From an uncultured Mediterraneibacter sp. (GTDB lineage: Bacteria > Bacillota > Clostridia > Lachnospirales > Lachnospiraceae): 64,000 bases of DNA. The notes under the pieces were generated by a model. It had not been told where the DNA came from. It did no database searches and was given only the letters and a program-made list of their open reading frames with translations. Both the position numbers and the translations under genes were made by a program. Positions 9,743-18,812 of the stretch are shown here, in pieces. Numbering within the stretch: position 1 is the stretch's first letter; each line of letters begins with the position of its first letter. The stretch lies in the NCBI GenBank assembly GCA_944384505.1, contig CALWTQ010000008.1, positions 4,929 to 68,928 of the forward strand. The letters are read 5' to 3'.

Positions 9743-10389
9743 TTGGCACCTCCTTTATTTTCATCTATTCCTGTTTTTGCATACAGCCATTTCCTTTTCT
9801 GCATATCTTGTTCTATATACTGCACAATTTTTTCTTTGTACTGCATCGTTCTCTCAACATCATTCATCCCTTCCAGAAGAGCTTGCTTTCTTGCCTTATC
9901 TATCTCAAATTGATAAGTCTCCCCGGAAGGGGTTTTTACGGTTTCCTTTGGCAAGTCTACTTCGAATATGCCTCCTGTTTCCGCCTCTTCTGCTATCTTT
10001 ACCACAATGCTTTCTGGCAGTTTAACCGGAAGTATCCCCTGCTGATAACAGTTTTTTGTGAAAATACCGCCAAAAGAACTTCCAATCAGACATCGGATCC
10101 CGCACTTTCTAATCGCCTCAGGCGCAGTCTCTCTGGAACTCCCACAGCCGAAATTCTCTCCTGTAATCATAATCTTTGCATCTTTATTACGTTCCATATT
10201 CAGGGGAAAGTCCATGTTTAATGCACCTTTATCTCCATCACCGTTTACAAACCGATACGGTTCAAAAGAGTAATAAGCTATATTATCCATATCCAGTAAA
10301 AGCCGCTTCATCGGTGTAATGCAGTCTGTATCAACATTCGCCATCAGCCACGGAACCGCCTGGCTTTTAAGTACTTCAAACCTTTCCAT
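9736..10389 (-). CDS. 3-isopropylmalate dehydratase-like small subunit (LeuD type, divergent)
   Basis: [48 protein letters not shown]. Confidence 0.88.
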   Translation of the reverse strand: MERFEVLKSQAVPWLMANVDTDCITPMKRLLLDMDNIAYYSFEPYRFVNGDGDKGALNMDFPLNMERNKDAKIMITGENFGCGSSRETAPEAIRKCGIRCLIGSSFGGIFTKNCYQQGILPVKLPESIVVKIAEEAETGGIFEVDLPKETVKTPSGETYQFEIDKARKQALLEGMNDVERTMQYKEKIVQYIEQDMQKRKWLYAKTGIDENKGGAKC

Positions 10390-10400
10390 GATTCCTCCTT

Positions 10401-11795
10401 CTATACAATCCTGCCATTTAAAGCCGCAAGAGCTGCTGTATAGGGAGCCGCCAAATGGGTTCTCGCGCCTCTTCCCTGCCTGCCGATAAAGTTTCTATTC
10501 GTAGTTGACACACAGCGTTTTCCAGGAGGGATCATTTCTCCATTGCTTCCCACACACAGGCTGCAGCTTGGCTCTCCCCACGAGAATCCTGCTTTTGTAA
10601 AAATCTCTGCGATCCCCATCTGTTCCGCAGTTTTCTTCACCTGCGCAGATCCGGGCACAATCCACGCTGTCACGCCTTCCGCCACTTTTTTCCCTCTGAC
10701 TAATTCTGCGATTTGTTTTAGGTATGTAATCCTTCCATTGGAACATGAACCGATAAATACATAGTCCACACTAATCTCGCTCATAGCTTGTCCTGCCCGG
10801 AGATCCATATACGCATACGCTTTTTCGTAAGACTGTTTTTCTGCTATTGACGATCCTTTCACAATCTCAGGCACCCGCCCGTCTACGGCAACCGTCTGAG
10901 ATGGGTCGACTCCCCAGCTTATCTGCCGGCTTATCCCTGAAATATCAAATGTGATTTCCCTGTCAAATATACTTTCCGATGTCGTCGCAATCTGCCCGCA
11001 GTATTCTTTCATGGCATCCCAGTTATCACCTGATGGCGCGTATTCTCTCGTTCGCAGATATTCCAGTGTAGTTTTGTCCGGAGAGACCATTCCATATTCT
11101 GCGCCCAATTCAATTGTCAGATTGCACAATGTACATCTCTCATCAATATTCATGTGACGTACAACTTCTCCTGTATACTCCACGGCATACCCCACACCAA
11201 AATCAATTCCGACCTGTGAGATGATAAACAGTATGATGTCCATCGCGCTGATATCTTCCTTCCGCCGTCCTTTAATTTCAATTTTCAAAGTCTTTGGCTT
11301 TTTTGCGATGACGCATGTGGTTGCCAGTGCATGATACACCTCGCTTGTTCCCACCCCCATCGCAAGCGCGCCGACTGCGCCATGAGTACAAGTATGGCTG
11401 TCGCCGCATACGATTGTCATACCCGGCAGGGATAACCCGGTTTCAGGCCCTATAATATGAACGATTCCCTGATGACTGTCTCCGGTATCAAAAAGAGTAA
11501 TCCCGTATCTTTTGCACCCTTCCCGGAACTTCGGCATAATCAGTCTGCTGATCTCACAGGCGTCTTTTCTTTGGTCTTTGCGGGATGGCAGCGTATGATC
11601 CGGAGTTGCATATACATTTTCTCTGCGAAATATATCTTTTTTATTTTCCTTCATCATCTGAAAAGCAAACGTCCCGCACAGGTCATGGAGGTATATTCTA
11701 TCCACTGCCAGTAAATAACTCTCTTCATCCAGCTGTTCTATAACATGAGAATCCCACAGTTTTTCAAACAGAGTGTTCATCTTCTTTTTCAGCAC
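10401..11795 (-). CDS. 3-isopropylmalate dehydratase-like large subunit (LeuC type, divergent)
   Basis: [32 protein letters not shown], [4Fe-4S] ligands GSCSNGR and CSLCVG, STTNRNFIGRQG; start may be the ATG at 11780. Confidence 0.9.
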   Translation of the reverse strand: MLKKKMNTLFEKLWDSHVIEQLDEESYLLAVDRIYLHDLCGTFAFQMMKENKKDIFRRENVYATPDHTLPSRKDQRKDACEISRLIMPKFREGCKRYGITLFDTGDSHQGIVHIIGPETGLSLPGMTIVCGDSHTCTHGAVGALAMGVGTSEVYHALATTCVIAKKPKTLKIEIKGRRKEDISAMDIILFIISQVGIDFGVGYAVEYTGEVVRHMNIDERCTLCNLTIELGAEYGMVSPDKTTLEYLRTREYAPSGDNWDAMKEYCGQIATTSESIFDREITFDISGISRQISWGVDPSQTVAVDGRVPEIVKGSSIAEKQSYEKAYAYMDLRAGQAMSEISVDYVFIGSCSNGRITYLKQIAELVRGKKVAEGVTAWIVPGSAQVKKTAEQMGIAEIFTKAGFSWGEPSCSLCVGSNGEMIPPGKRCVSTTNRNFIGRQGRGARTHLAAPYTAALAALNGRIV

Positions 11796-12300
11796 CTTCC
11801 TCCAGTTTTATCTTTAAATATGCCATCAGGCCGCCTGCGCTCAGCTGCGCTCTTAAATCTTCCGGTATCGGCGTTCCTTCCATTATGGTTCCTTTCGTCA
11901 GGTTCCGGATCCTCCCTGTCTCCAGATCTACTTCCAGTTCATCTTTCACATCTGTGTTCTCCGATATTTTTTTACAAATCACACACGGGAGTCCGATATT
12001 CAATGCATTTCTGTAAAAAATTCTGGCAAATTCTTCTGCAATCACCATTTTTGTACCAGCAGCTTTTAATGCAATCGGCGCTGTCTCCCGGCTCGATCCG
12101 CATCCAAAATTCTTCCCGGCAATCAGAATTCCCCCCTGTGCCATTTTTGAGGGAAAATCCGGTTCTAAATCACACAGGCAGATGGAACCTAAATATTCTG
12201 GATCATAAGAAGTCAAATATTTTCCCGGCGTCATTACATCTGTGTCAATATGATCCCCCAGCTTCTCCAAAACTTTATATCTTACCTTTGTCTGCAACAT
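11764..12300 (-). CDS. Aconitase-family small subunit (HacB/DmdB/short LeuD type)
   Basis: [48 protein letters not shown]. Confidence 0.9.
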   Translation of the reverse strand: MLQTKVRYKVLEKLGDHIDTDVMTPGKYLTSYDPEYLGSICLCDLEPDFPSKMAQGGILIAGKNFGCGSSRETAPIALKAAGTKMVIAEEFARIFYRNALNIGLPCVICKKISENTDVKDELEVDLETGRIRNLTKGTIMEGTPIPEDLRAQLSAGGLMAYLKIKLEEGAEKEDEHSV

Positions 12301-12312
12301 ACACCATCCCCC

Positions 12313-13563
12313 TTATATACACCGCGGATCCGTAATCCTGCCTGTCAGGGCGCTTGCAGCAGCCGTCTCTGGCGACCCCAGATAAACCATCGAATCCGGA
12401 CTGCCCATCCTGCCTTTAAAGTTCCGGTTATGTGTCCCCAGGCATCGTTCCCCCGCAATCATGGGCATCTGTATTCCGCAGCCTCCGCAGCCGGGATTTA
12501 CAATAATGCATCCCGCCTCAGCCAATGTCTGCAAATACCCCTTTTCCGAGGCTTTTGCATAAACTTTATTTGAGGCCGGTACGATAAAACATTTAAACGC
12601 ATGCGGTATTTTACGCCCGCCTATGATTTCCGCTGCGGCTTGAATATCTTCCAGCCTTCCATTGGTACAGGCCCCTATAATAATCTGATCCAGTTTCGTA
12701 CCTTCCACCTCTGTAACGTCAACACTGTTCGCCGGACTGTATGGAACCGCGACCTGTGGAGCCAGTTCCGCCGCGTTTATCTCAATACAGCTTTCATACT
12801 CTGCATCTGTATCACTGTACAGTTCTGAAAAGTCCGCTTCTTTTATTCCACAGGATTTCAGATATTCTTCTGTCTTTTCATCTGGTCGGATGATACCATT
12901 TTTAGCTCCTGCCTCAATCGCCATGTTACAGATCGTAAATCTTGAGTCCATAGACATATTTTCAATGGTATCCCCTGTAAATTCCAGCGCCTTATATGTT
13001 GCCCCATTAGCGCCTATCTGAGACAGTAGTTTCAGTATCACATCCTTCGACATAACATGTTCCGGAAGAACGCCGGTCACATGTATTTTCATTGTTTCCG
13101 GCACCTTAAACCACAGTCTGCCCTGAACCAGGACAGCGCACATCTCAGTGGATCCTATTCCAGTCGAAAACGCGCCCAGCGCCCCATAAGTACATGTATG
13201 AGAATCCGTTCCCACAGCCACCTGCCCCGGGAGGATCTTCCCCTCCTCAACAATAATCTGATGGGAAACTCCCTGCATATTATATAAATTAGGGATCTGA
13301 TAATCTTCAGCAAATTTTACGGTTTCATGGACTGTTCCCGCGTTTTCCATACTGCCCGGCAGGCACGAGTGATCAATCACCGGAAAGACTTTCTCCCTGT
13401 CCCAGAGCAGCACCCCCAGCTCTCTGAATTGTTTGTATACAATCGGGCCAAGCGCATCCTGAATCATGGCCAGATCAACTTCTGCGGTTACTATATCGCC
13501 AGCTTTTACATTTCTTTTCCCAGAAGCCCTTGCCAGAATTTTTTCCGTTATTGTCATACTCAT
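12313..13563 (-). CDS. Aconitase-family large subunit (HacA/DmdA/short LeuC type)
   Basis: MTITEKILA, GTDSHTCTYGA, IGACTNGR, NPGCGGC, HNRNFKGRMGS, SPETAAASA. Confidence 0.9.
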   Translation of the reverse strand: MSMTITEKILARASGKRNVKAGDIVTAEVDLAMIQDALGPIVYKQFRELGVLLWDREKVFPVIDHSCLPGSMENAGTVHETVKFAEDYQIPNLYNMQGVSHQIIVEEGKILPGQVAVGTDSHTCTYGALGAFSTGIGSTEMCAVLVQGRLWFKVPETMKIHVTGVLPEHVMSKDVILKLLSQIGANGATYKALEFTGDTIENMSMDSRFTICNMAIEAGAKNGIIRPDEKTEEYLKSCGIKEADFSELYSDTDAEYESCIEINAAELAPQVAVPYSPANSVDVTEVEGTKLDQIIIGACTNGRLEDIQAAAEIIGGRKIPHAFKCFIVPASNKVYAKASEKGYLQTLAEAGCIIVNPGCGGCGIQMPMIAGERCLGTHNRNFKGRMGSPDSMVYLGSPETAAASALTGRITDPRCI

Positions 13564-13632
13564 ATTCTTTTTCCTCCCTCCAAGGCAGACAGGTCTGCAG
13601 ACAAAATCCGCAGACCTCCGGCTTACCGTTGA

Positions 13633-14511
13633 TTAGTCTTCATTTAACACATCAAATACACGGGCATGTTTGTGTGTGCGGAATACATTCTTCAACTTTC
13701 CTGTAGAATAGAATACAGCGAGTCTGAGATCCTCGTCATAATTATTAAATGTTTTGGACGGCTGTTCCGGCGCATTATATCTCATAATTCCAGGACGTAA
13801 AGCAAGCCCCAGGTTCGGCATAATTACAGTTCCTCTTCCAGTGATCGCGAATTCCAACTCGTCTACTCCCGGATGGGAAACAAAATCTTCTTCCGGAGAA
13901 GACACTCCCGGTTTCTGGATCGGATGAAGGAAACAGATGTTATTTCCCTCGAAGATGATGGATGTCAGATGCCCCTCATCTGGTTTATTTCCAGTAAAGC
14001 CCGGCGCTGTTCTCTGTATTCCGTCATTGATATTCTTTACAATACAGCCGTTCTCACTGTCATATGTATCCCCCTCTTTATAAGCATTCCGTTTTACATC
14101 TTTCAGCGGTTTTGAATAAACCACAACATATTTCAGTACTTCTTTAGAATTATTTATGATTCCGTGAGGGTGCCCTTCTTTCAGATAAAAACTGATATCC
14201 GGCTTTAACTCGTATGTCTTTCCTTCCGGCAGCAAAAGTGTTCCTTCCCCCTGCAGAATCAATGTGATTTCCTCACAGTCCGGGTGCATAGTAAGTCCCT
14301 CTGCCGGCGCAGCCACTCCGGGTTCGATAGACACATACTGCATACTGATCTTCTCCAGATCGTATAGATTCTTGCAAACACATCCCGCAATTCCCTCCCG
14401 AATAAAGGACTGCGTACCCGGGATCACCTTTTTCAGGTGATAATCGTATCCCGTCTCCATGTCCAAAAATCCATAATGATTCTTTCCGTCTTTGAGTTCA
14501 AATTGTTTCAT
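13633..14511 (-). CDS. Bicupin (two cupin barrels) protein
   Basis: Cupin motif 1 MHPDCEEITLILQGEG..HPHG; second repeat SHPGVDELEFAITGRG. Confidence 0.75.
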   Translation of the reverse strand: MKQFELKDGKNHYGFLDMETGYDYHLKKVIPGTQSFIREGIAGCVCKNLYDLEKISMQYVSIEPGVAAPAEGLTMHPDCEEITLILQGEGTLLLPEGKTYELKPDISFYLKEGHPHGIINNSKEVLKYVVVYSKPLKDVKRNAYKEGDTYDSENGCIVKNINDGIQRTAPGFTGNKPDEGHLTSIIFEGNNICFLHPIQKPGVSSPEEDFVSHPGVDELEFAITGRGTVIMPNLGLALRPGIMRYNAPEQPSKTFNNYDEDLRLAVFYSTGKLKNVFRTHKHARVFDVLNED

Positions 14512-14559
14512 TCGTCCTTCTCCTTTTTCATTTATTAATAAAAACAGGTTTTTCTGTTT

Positions 14560-15963
14560 TTATTCAAGAATATATTTTTCAACCTCTTCCGCGAGAATAT
14601 GAATATCTTTTATTTTTTCCAGGTCAGATAACATTTTCAAAATTGGGTCAATTCCCTCTTCACGGACCGCTCTCTTCATACAGTCTCTCCACTTCTCTCC
14701 CATCTCTTCTCTCGTCATCGGATTATTGGGCCCGCCTTTTGCGAAGTCACAACGTTCTTTTAATACAATGCCATTCTTCAGCGTAACTTCCACCTGAGTA
14801 CTCTCCAGTGCATCGAAATAGGCTCCCGGTATCAGCGTATCATCCAGTATCATGTCTATCCGTTTCATCATCTCGATCAATGTTTTATCCCGCACGGTAT
14901 CTCCTTCAAAATCCTGCATCGTGAGTTTTCTCTGAAGTACTATTAACGCAATACAGTAATTCATACTGAATTTTCCTTCTGTCGGTGTCTTAGCGATGCT
15001 ATATCTGAGAATGTCTCCCGCATAGGGAAGGACTTTACAGTCAATATGCCGGATTTCTTCCGGTTTGATATCGTATTTATTCAGCAGGCTCAGCATTGCC
15101 CAGATGCCATTATGCGTTGCTTTGCAGGCCGGCCAAGGCTTCATGATCAGTCCTTTGTCAAGGAACTCTGAGTTCTGAATCTTCATAGCTTCTTCCAATT
15201 TATCTTCGTGACAAACTCCTGTCGTCACTTTTGTAAATCCGGCATCCATTTCCATAATAGTACGATTTGAGGTAAAACCTTTTTGGGCAAGCTTTGCCGC
15301 CATAATTCCTTTTGATGCAGCGCGGCCCGCATGAAGCGGCTTTGTCATACTTCCTGTATTTCCTTTCAGGCCGCAGGACTCACTTGCCGCAATTCCAATG
15401 GCGTTTACCAGCTCTTCTTCCGTAAGCTTAAGCAGCTCTGCCGCTGCTGCCGCCGCCCCGAATACGCCAATTGTTTCTGTACTGTGCCACCCTCTTCTGC
15501 AGTGTTCAGGAATATAAGCCCTCCCCATAAGCGCACAGGTTTCAATCCCCGTAATGTACGCTCGCAGCACTGCGCTGCCATCTGCACTGGTCTCCTCTCC
15601 GGCTGCCAGGACTGCCGGAAGAACCGCAACGCTTGGATGTCCGATCATCGTTGTGCAGACATCATCATAATCATGAAAATGTGCAGCCACTCCATTTACC
15701 ATAGCACTATGGCAGGCATCTGATCTTATATGTGAGCCATAGATATAGGCAGCGGCTTTACCGCCTTCAGAACATACATATTCCTTAACAATCTGTGTGG
15801 CAGTTTCATTTGCGCCCGCCAGCATACAGGCAAATGTGTCCGAAAAAAATTCAAGCGCTTTTTCCTTAACTCCCTCTTTCAGCTGCCTGGCGCGCATTTC
15901 AATCAGATAATGCGCAATTTTTTCACTCATTGATTTCATTTTTTCATCTTTCCTTCTCATCAT
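14560..15963 (-). CDS. MmgE/PrpD family protein
   Basis: NGVAAHFHDYDD, GHPSVAVLPA, GWHST, TKPLHAGRAA, KPWPAC, EGKFSMNY, AKGGPNNPM. Confidence 0.92.
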   Translation of the reverse strand: MMRRKDEKMKSMSEKIAHYLIEMRARQLKEGVKEKALEFFSDTFACMLAGANETATQIVKEYVCSEGGKAAAYIYGSHIRSDACHSAMVNGVAAHFHDYDDVCTTMIGHPSVAVLPAVLAAGEETSADGSAVLRAYITGIETCALMGRAYIPEHCRRGWHSTETIGVFGAAAAAAELLKLTEEELVNAIGIAASESCGLKGNTGSMTKPLHAGRAASKGIMAAKLAQKGFTSNRTIMEMDAGFTKVTTGVCHEDKLEEAMKIQNSEFLDKGLIMKPWPACKATHNGIWAMLSLLNKYDIKPEEIRHIDCKVLPYAGDILRYSIAKTPTEGKFSMNYCIALIVLQRKLTMQDFEGDTVRDKTLIEMMKRIDMILDDTLIPGAYFDALESTQVEVTLKNGIVLKERCDFAKGGPNNPMTREEMGEKWRDCMKRAVREEGIDPILKMLSDLEKIKDIHILAEEVEKYILE

Positions 15964-15980
15964 CTTCCGCTTTAAGTATT

Positions 15981-16163
15981 ACGTTTTACTATTACGTTAT
16001 ACTGTAACGATATACTATTCTCCTTATATTGTCAATAATTGTTTTATAATTCACCGATATTTTGGCATATTTGACAATATTTCAAAACATTATTGCTTTC
16101 CTCGCTCAAACAGTTTATAATATTAGAGTTAAGAATATTTAGTTTAACGTTTAAGTAAAACGA
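15981..16163. promoter_or_regulatory. Putative LacI-family operators in divergent promoter region
   Basis: ACGTTTTACTATTACGT at 15981-15997 (+) and TCGTTTTACTTAAACGT at 16147-16163 (-); same motif recurs at 20118 and 20223. Confidence 0.6.
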
Positions 16164-16216
16164 AAAAGCCAAATTAATACTTTTAAGATTTAATTTTATT
16201 ATTTTCAGGGGGATTT

Positions 16217-17242
16217 ATGGTTACCATTAAAGATGTTGCGGCAAGAGCAAATGTCTCCGTTACTACCGTGTCAATCGTACTGAACGGCAAAGCTGCAGAA
16301 AGAAAAATTTCAGACGCTACTGTCACCCGGATCATGAATGCTGTTGCACAATTGAACTATCAGCCAAACATTGCCGCCAGGAAACTGCGTGCCTTTGATA
16401 AAAACAGAGCCAATATTGGCATTTATCTGGCATATGACCATCGTTCCAGCATGCTCAGTCAGTTTGTGGAGGCCATATATAAGGAGCAGGCGAATAGTAT
16501 CCATGATTTTTACATTACTATCTGTCCCTTTAAAAGCGGAGCTTTAAGCGAAGAAGAGACTTTGCTCTCTACTGCTTCCTTTAACGCGGCTATTATCGCC
16601 ACCACAGCGCCTTCTGATATGGAATATCTGCGTGAGAACCGGCCTCCTTTTCCGGTTGTCCTAATGAACCGCTCCATAGAAGGTTTATCTTCTGTCTGCG
16701 CAGATATTAATGACTCAATTGAAGAACTCGCAGAGCAGGCTGCGCATAAAGGGCATCAGCGGATAGCTGCCATTTTAATGAAAGATGCTTATATGGCTAA
16801 CAAGTTCCGTTCCCAGAATTTCCTTGCTGCATGCCGCAGGCATAATATTAACTGCTCAGACGAACACCTCATTCTTACAACAGATTCCCTGTCCGGAGGA
16901 GCAGAAGCCGCGCGGAAACTCCTGGACAGTCCTAATATGCCCGGATTTCTATATTGTGATACAGATTCTATTGCACTGGGAGCTGTCAGTGTATTGAACC
17001 GGAAAGGAATTCGTATTCCAGAAGATCTGGAAGTTGTGTGTATCTGCCTGTCCAGCCCAGACTATACAGCGTACAGCACGCCTTCCATAACGACTATCGA
17101 TGTATCTCTTGAGAAGAATATGGTTGATTGTCTGAAGCTGGCACTAGACTTATTGTTTAACAAGACAATGGAATCAATTCAAAAAGTTTATAGTGCTCCA
17201 ATTCTATATCGGGAATCTTTTCCCCGGCTCGAAGACGTTTAG
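16217..17242 (+). CDS. LacI-family transcriptional regulator
   Basis: MVTIKDVAARANVSVTTVSIVLN HTH; YQPNIAARKL hinge; PSITTI. Confidence 0.93.
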   Translation: MVTIKDVAARANVSVTTVSIVLNGKAAERKISDATVTRIMNAVAQLNYQPNIAARKLRAFDKNRANIGIYLAYDHRSSMLSQFVEAIYKEQANSIHDFYITICPFKSGALSEEETLLSTASFNAAIIATTAPSDMEYLRENRPPFPVVLMNRSIEGLSSVCADINDSIEELAEQAAHKGHQRIAAILMKDAYMANKFRSQNFLAACRRHNINCSDEHLILTTDSLSGGAEAARKLLDSPNMPGFLYCDTDSIALGAVSVLNRKGIRIPEDLEVVCICLSSPDYTAYSTPSITTIDVSLEKNMVDCLKLALDLLFNKTMESIQKVYSAPILYRESFPRLEDV

Positions 17243-17277
17243 TTTTTGCAGAATATTTATTCATAGTCCTATAAAAA

Positions 17278-17312
17278 CAGTGTCAGGAAGATCTCGCCTC
17301 TTCCTGGCACTG
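17278..17312. terminator. Hairpin between convergent LacI and amidohydrolase genes
   Basis: CAGTGTCAGGAAG / CTTCCTGGCACTG stem (one G-U pair). Confidence 0.65.
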
Positions 17313-17339
17313 CTTTCCATTCTATCTGGTTTTCTCCTC

Positions 17340-18803
17340 TTAATTATTCTGTGAACTCTTCCCCGGGAACGGATTGTCGGCAAATCTTCCTATCGCTTCT
17401 TCTGCCACAATCTTAAAGTTCTCCGCAACAAGGTTTCCTCTCACAAAAGTTGCCACTGGCGCGCCTTTTAGCTGCATTCCATCATACAGGCTGTACTTAT
17501 GAGAACTTTCGCTGTATTCCTTATGGAATATCCATTCTTTGTTCAGATCCAGTATGACAATATCTGCATCTGAACCAACGTTTAAAGCTCCCTTCTGTGG
17601 ATAAAGCCCCATCGCTTTCGCAGTATTTTCACACATGATCTTCCTCAGGGTGTCGAGAGAAATCCGATTCTTATTTACTCCTTCACTGATCATGATGCTT
17701 AAAGACGCACTCATTCCTTCTCCTGTTCCCGGCGGAGTATCCCAGTAATTCCTGCCCAATTTTTCTTCCGGCCGGAAATTGGTATGGTCATTCCCAATCG
17801 TCTGAATTACCCCTTCCTGAATCCCCTTCCATAAGCGCTCTCTGTCTGCGCTTTCCCTGATCGCCGGGTTTACCTTTGCATAGTGTGTCCATTCCTTGTT
17901 ATTTCTGCATATCTCATCGTCTGCCGCAAATACCAGATAATGAGGGCAGGTTTCGGCCGTTATATCATATCCCAGTCCTTTGAAGTACTTAATCTGCTCC
18001 ACAGCCTCTTTAGAACTAACATGCACAATATAAAGCGGACAATGTGTCTCATGCGCGATATATGCAGCCTTACATACGTCAATCGCCTCCGCAATAGCCG
18101 GCCTGGCCCGGTTCTGCCTCTCCGTATAGTTATAGTCTGCGGGCGGCGCTTCCTTCTTAACTCTTTCTTCCAGTAATTCAAAAATCTGCGGATCCTCACA
18201 ATGCACCATGGCTGTCGCAGGCAGCCCTGTTTTTCCTATTATTTCAAATCCTTTGTATAAAAAAGTAGAATCAATTCCCCTTTCGTCCATTCCAAGGGCT
18301 TTCGCGCCCTCTCCCCTGTATCCCATAAGGAATTTATAGTTGCTCACCCCTTTTTCTACAAGTTTAGGAATTTCCTGAAGATGCTCTTCTGTGAACGGTG
18401 AAATGTGGAATCTCACATCACAAAAAGCACTGCCTTCCAACCCATCCTTAAATTCTCTGAACCGTTTTGTCATAGCATCAGCATTCTGCATCGTTGTACT
18501 GCTGATCGTTGTATAGCCGCCCTGGACTGCTGTTCTGGTTTCAGATCGCACCTCTTCTTTATAAGTCTCCAGATTAAATTTCTTATCTTTATTTACGACC
18601 CACAGTTCAAAATGGCAGTGCGGTTCTATAGCCCCCGGAAAAATGATATTTTTTTTCGCATCATAATAGTTTTCCGCTTCCGGAAGAGACGCATCGGCTC
18701 CCACTTGTATTATAACTCCGTCCTTTACGGCCACGCCGCCTGTCACCACTCCCTGCTCTGTACAAACATACCCATTTCCAATTACTAAATCTGCTTTTGT
18801 CAT
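17340..18803 (-). CDS. Cyclic amidohydrolase (dihydropyrimidinase/allantoinase/dihydroorotase superfamily)
   Basis: EPHCHF (HxH), NYKFLMGY (carbamylated Lys), MVHCED, IVHVSS, AKVNPAIR, IGNDH, KGALNVGSDADIVI. Confidence 0.9.
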   Translation of the reverse strand: MTKADLVIGNGYVCTEQGVVTGGVAVKDGVIIQVGADASLPEAENYYDAKKNIIFPGAIEPHCHFELWVVNKDKKFNLETYKEEVRSETRTAVQGGYTTISSTTMQNADAMTKRFREFKDGLEGSAFCDVRFHISPFTEEHLQEIPKLVEKGVSNYKFLMGYRGEGAKALGMDERGIDSTFLYKGFEIIGKTGLPATAMVHCEDPQIFELLEERVKKEAPPADYNYTERQNRARPAIAEAIDVCKAAYIAHETHCPLYIVHVSSKEAVEQIKYFKGLGYDITAETCPHYLVFAADDEICRNNKEWTHYAKVNPAIRESADRERLWKGIQEGVIQTIGNDHTNFRPEEKLGRNYWDTPPGTGEGMSASLSIMISEGVNKNRISLDTLRKIMCENTAKAMGLYPQKGALNVGSDADIVILDLNKEWIFHKEYSESSHKYSLYDGMQLKGAPVATFVRGNLVAENFKIVAEEAIGRFADNPFPGKSSQNN

Positions 18804-18812
18804 ATATTATTT

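Noticed and set aside
9736-13563. Leucine biosynthesis (leuCD) call
   Set aside because: No leuA/leuB nearby, substrate motifs diverged, and the genes are embedded in a LacI-controlled PTS catabolic operon
13591-13617. AGGTCTGC..GCAGACCT hairpin between bicupin and first large subunit
   Set aside because: Short stem with no clear U-tract; at most an mRNA-stability element, not enough to call
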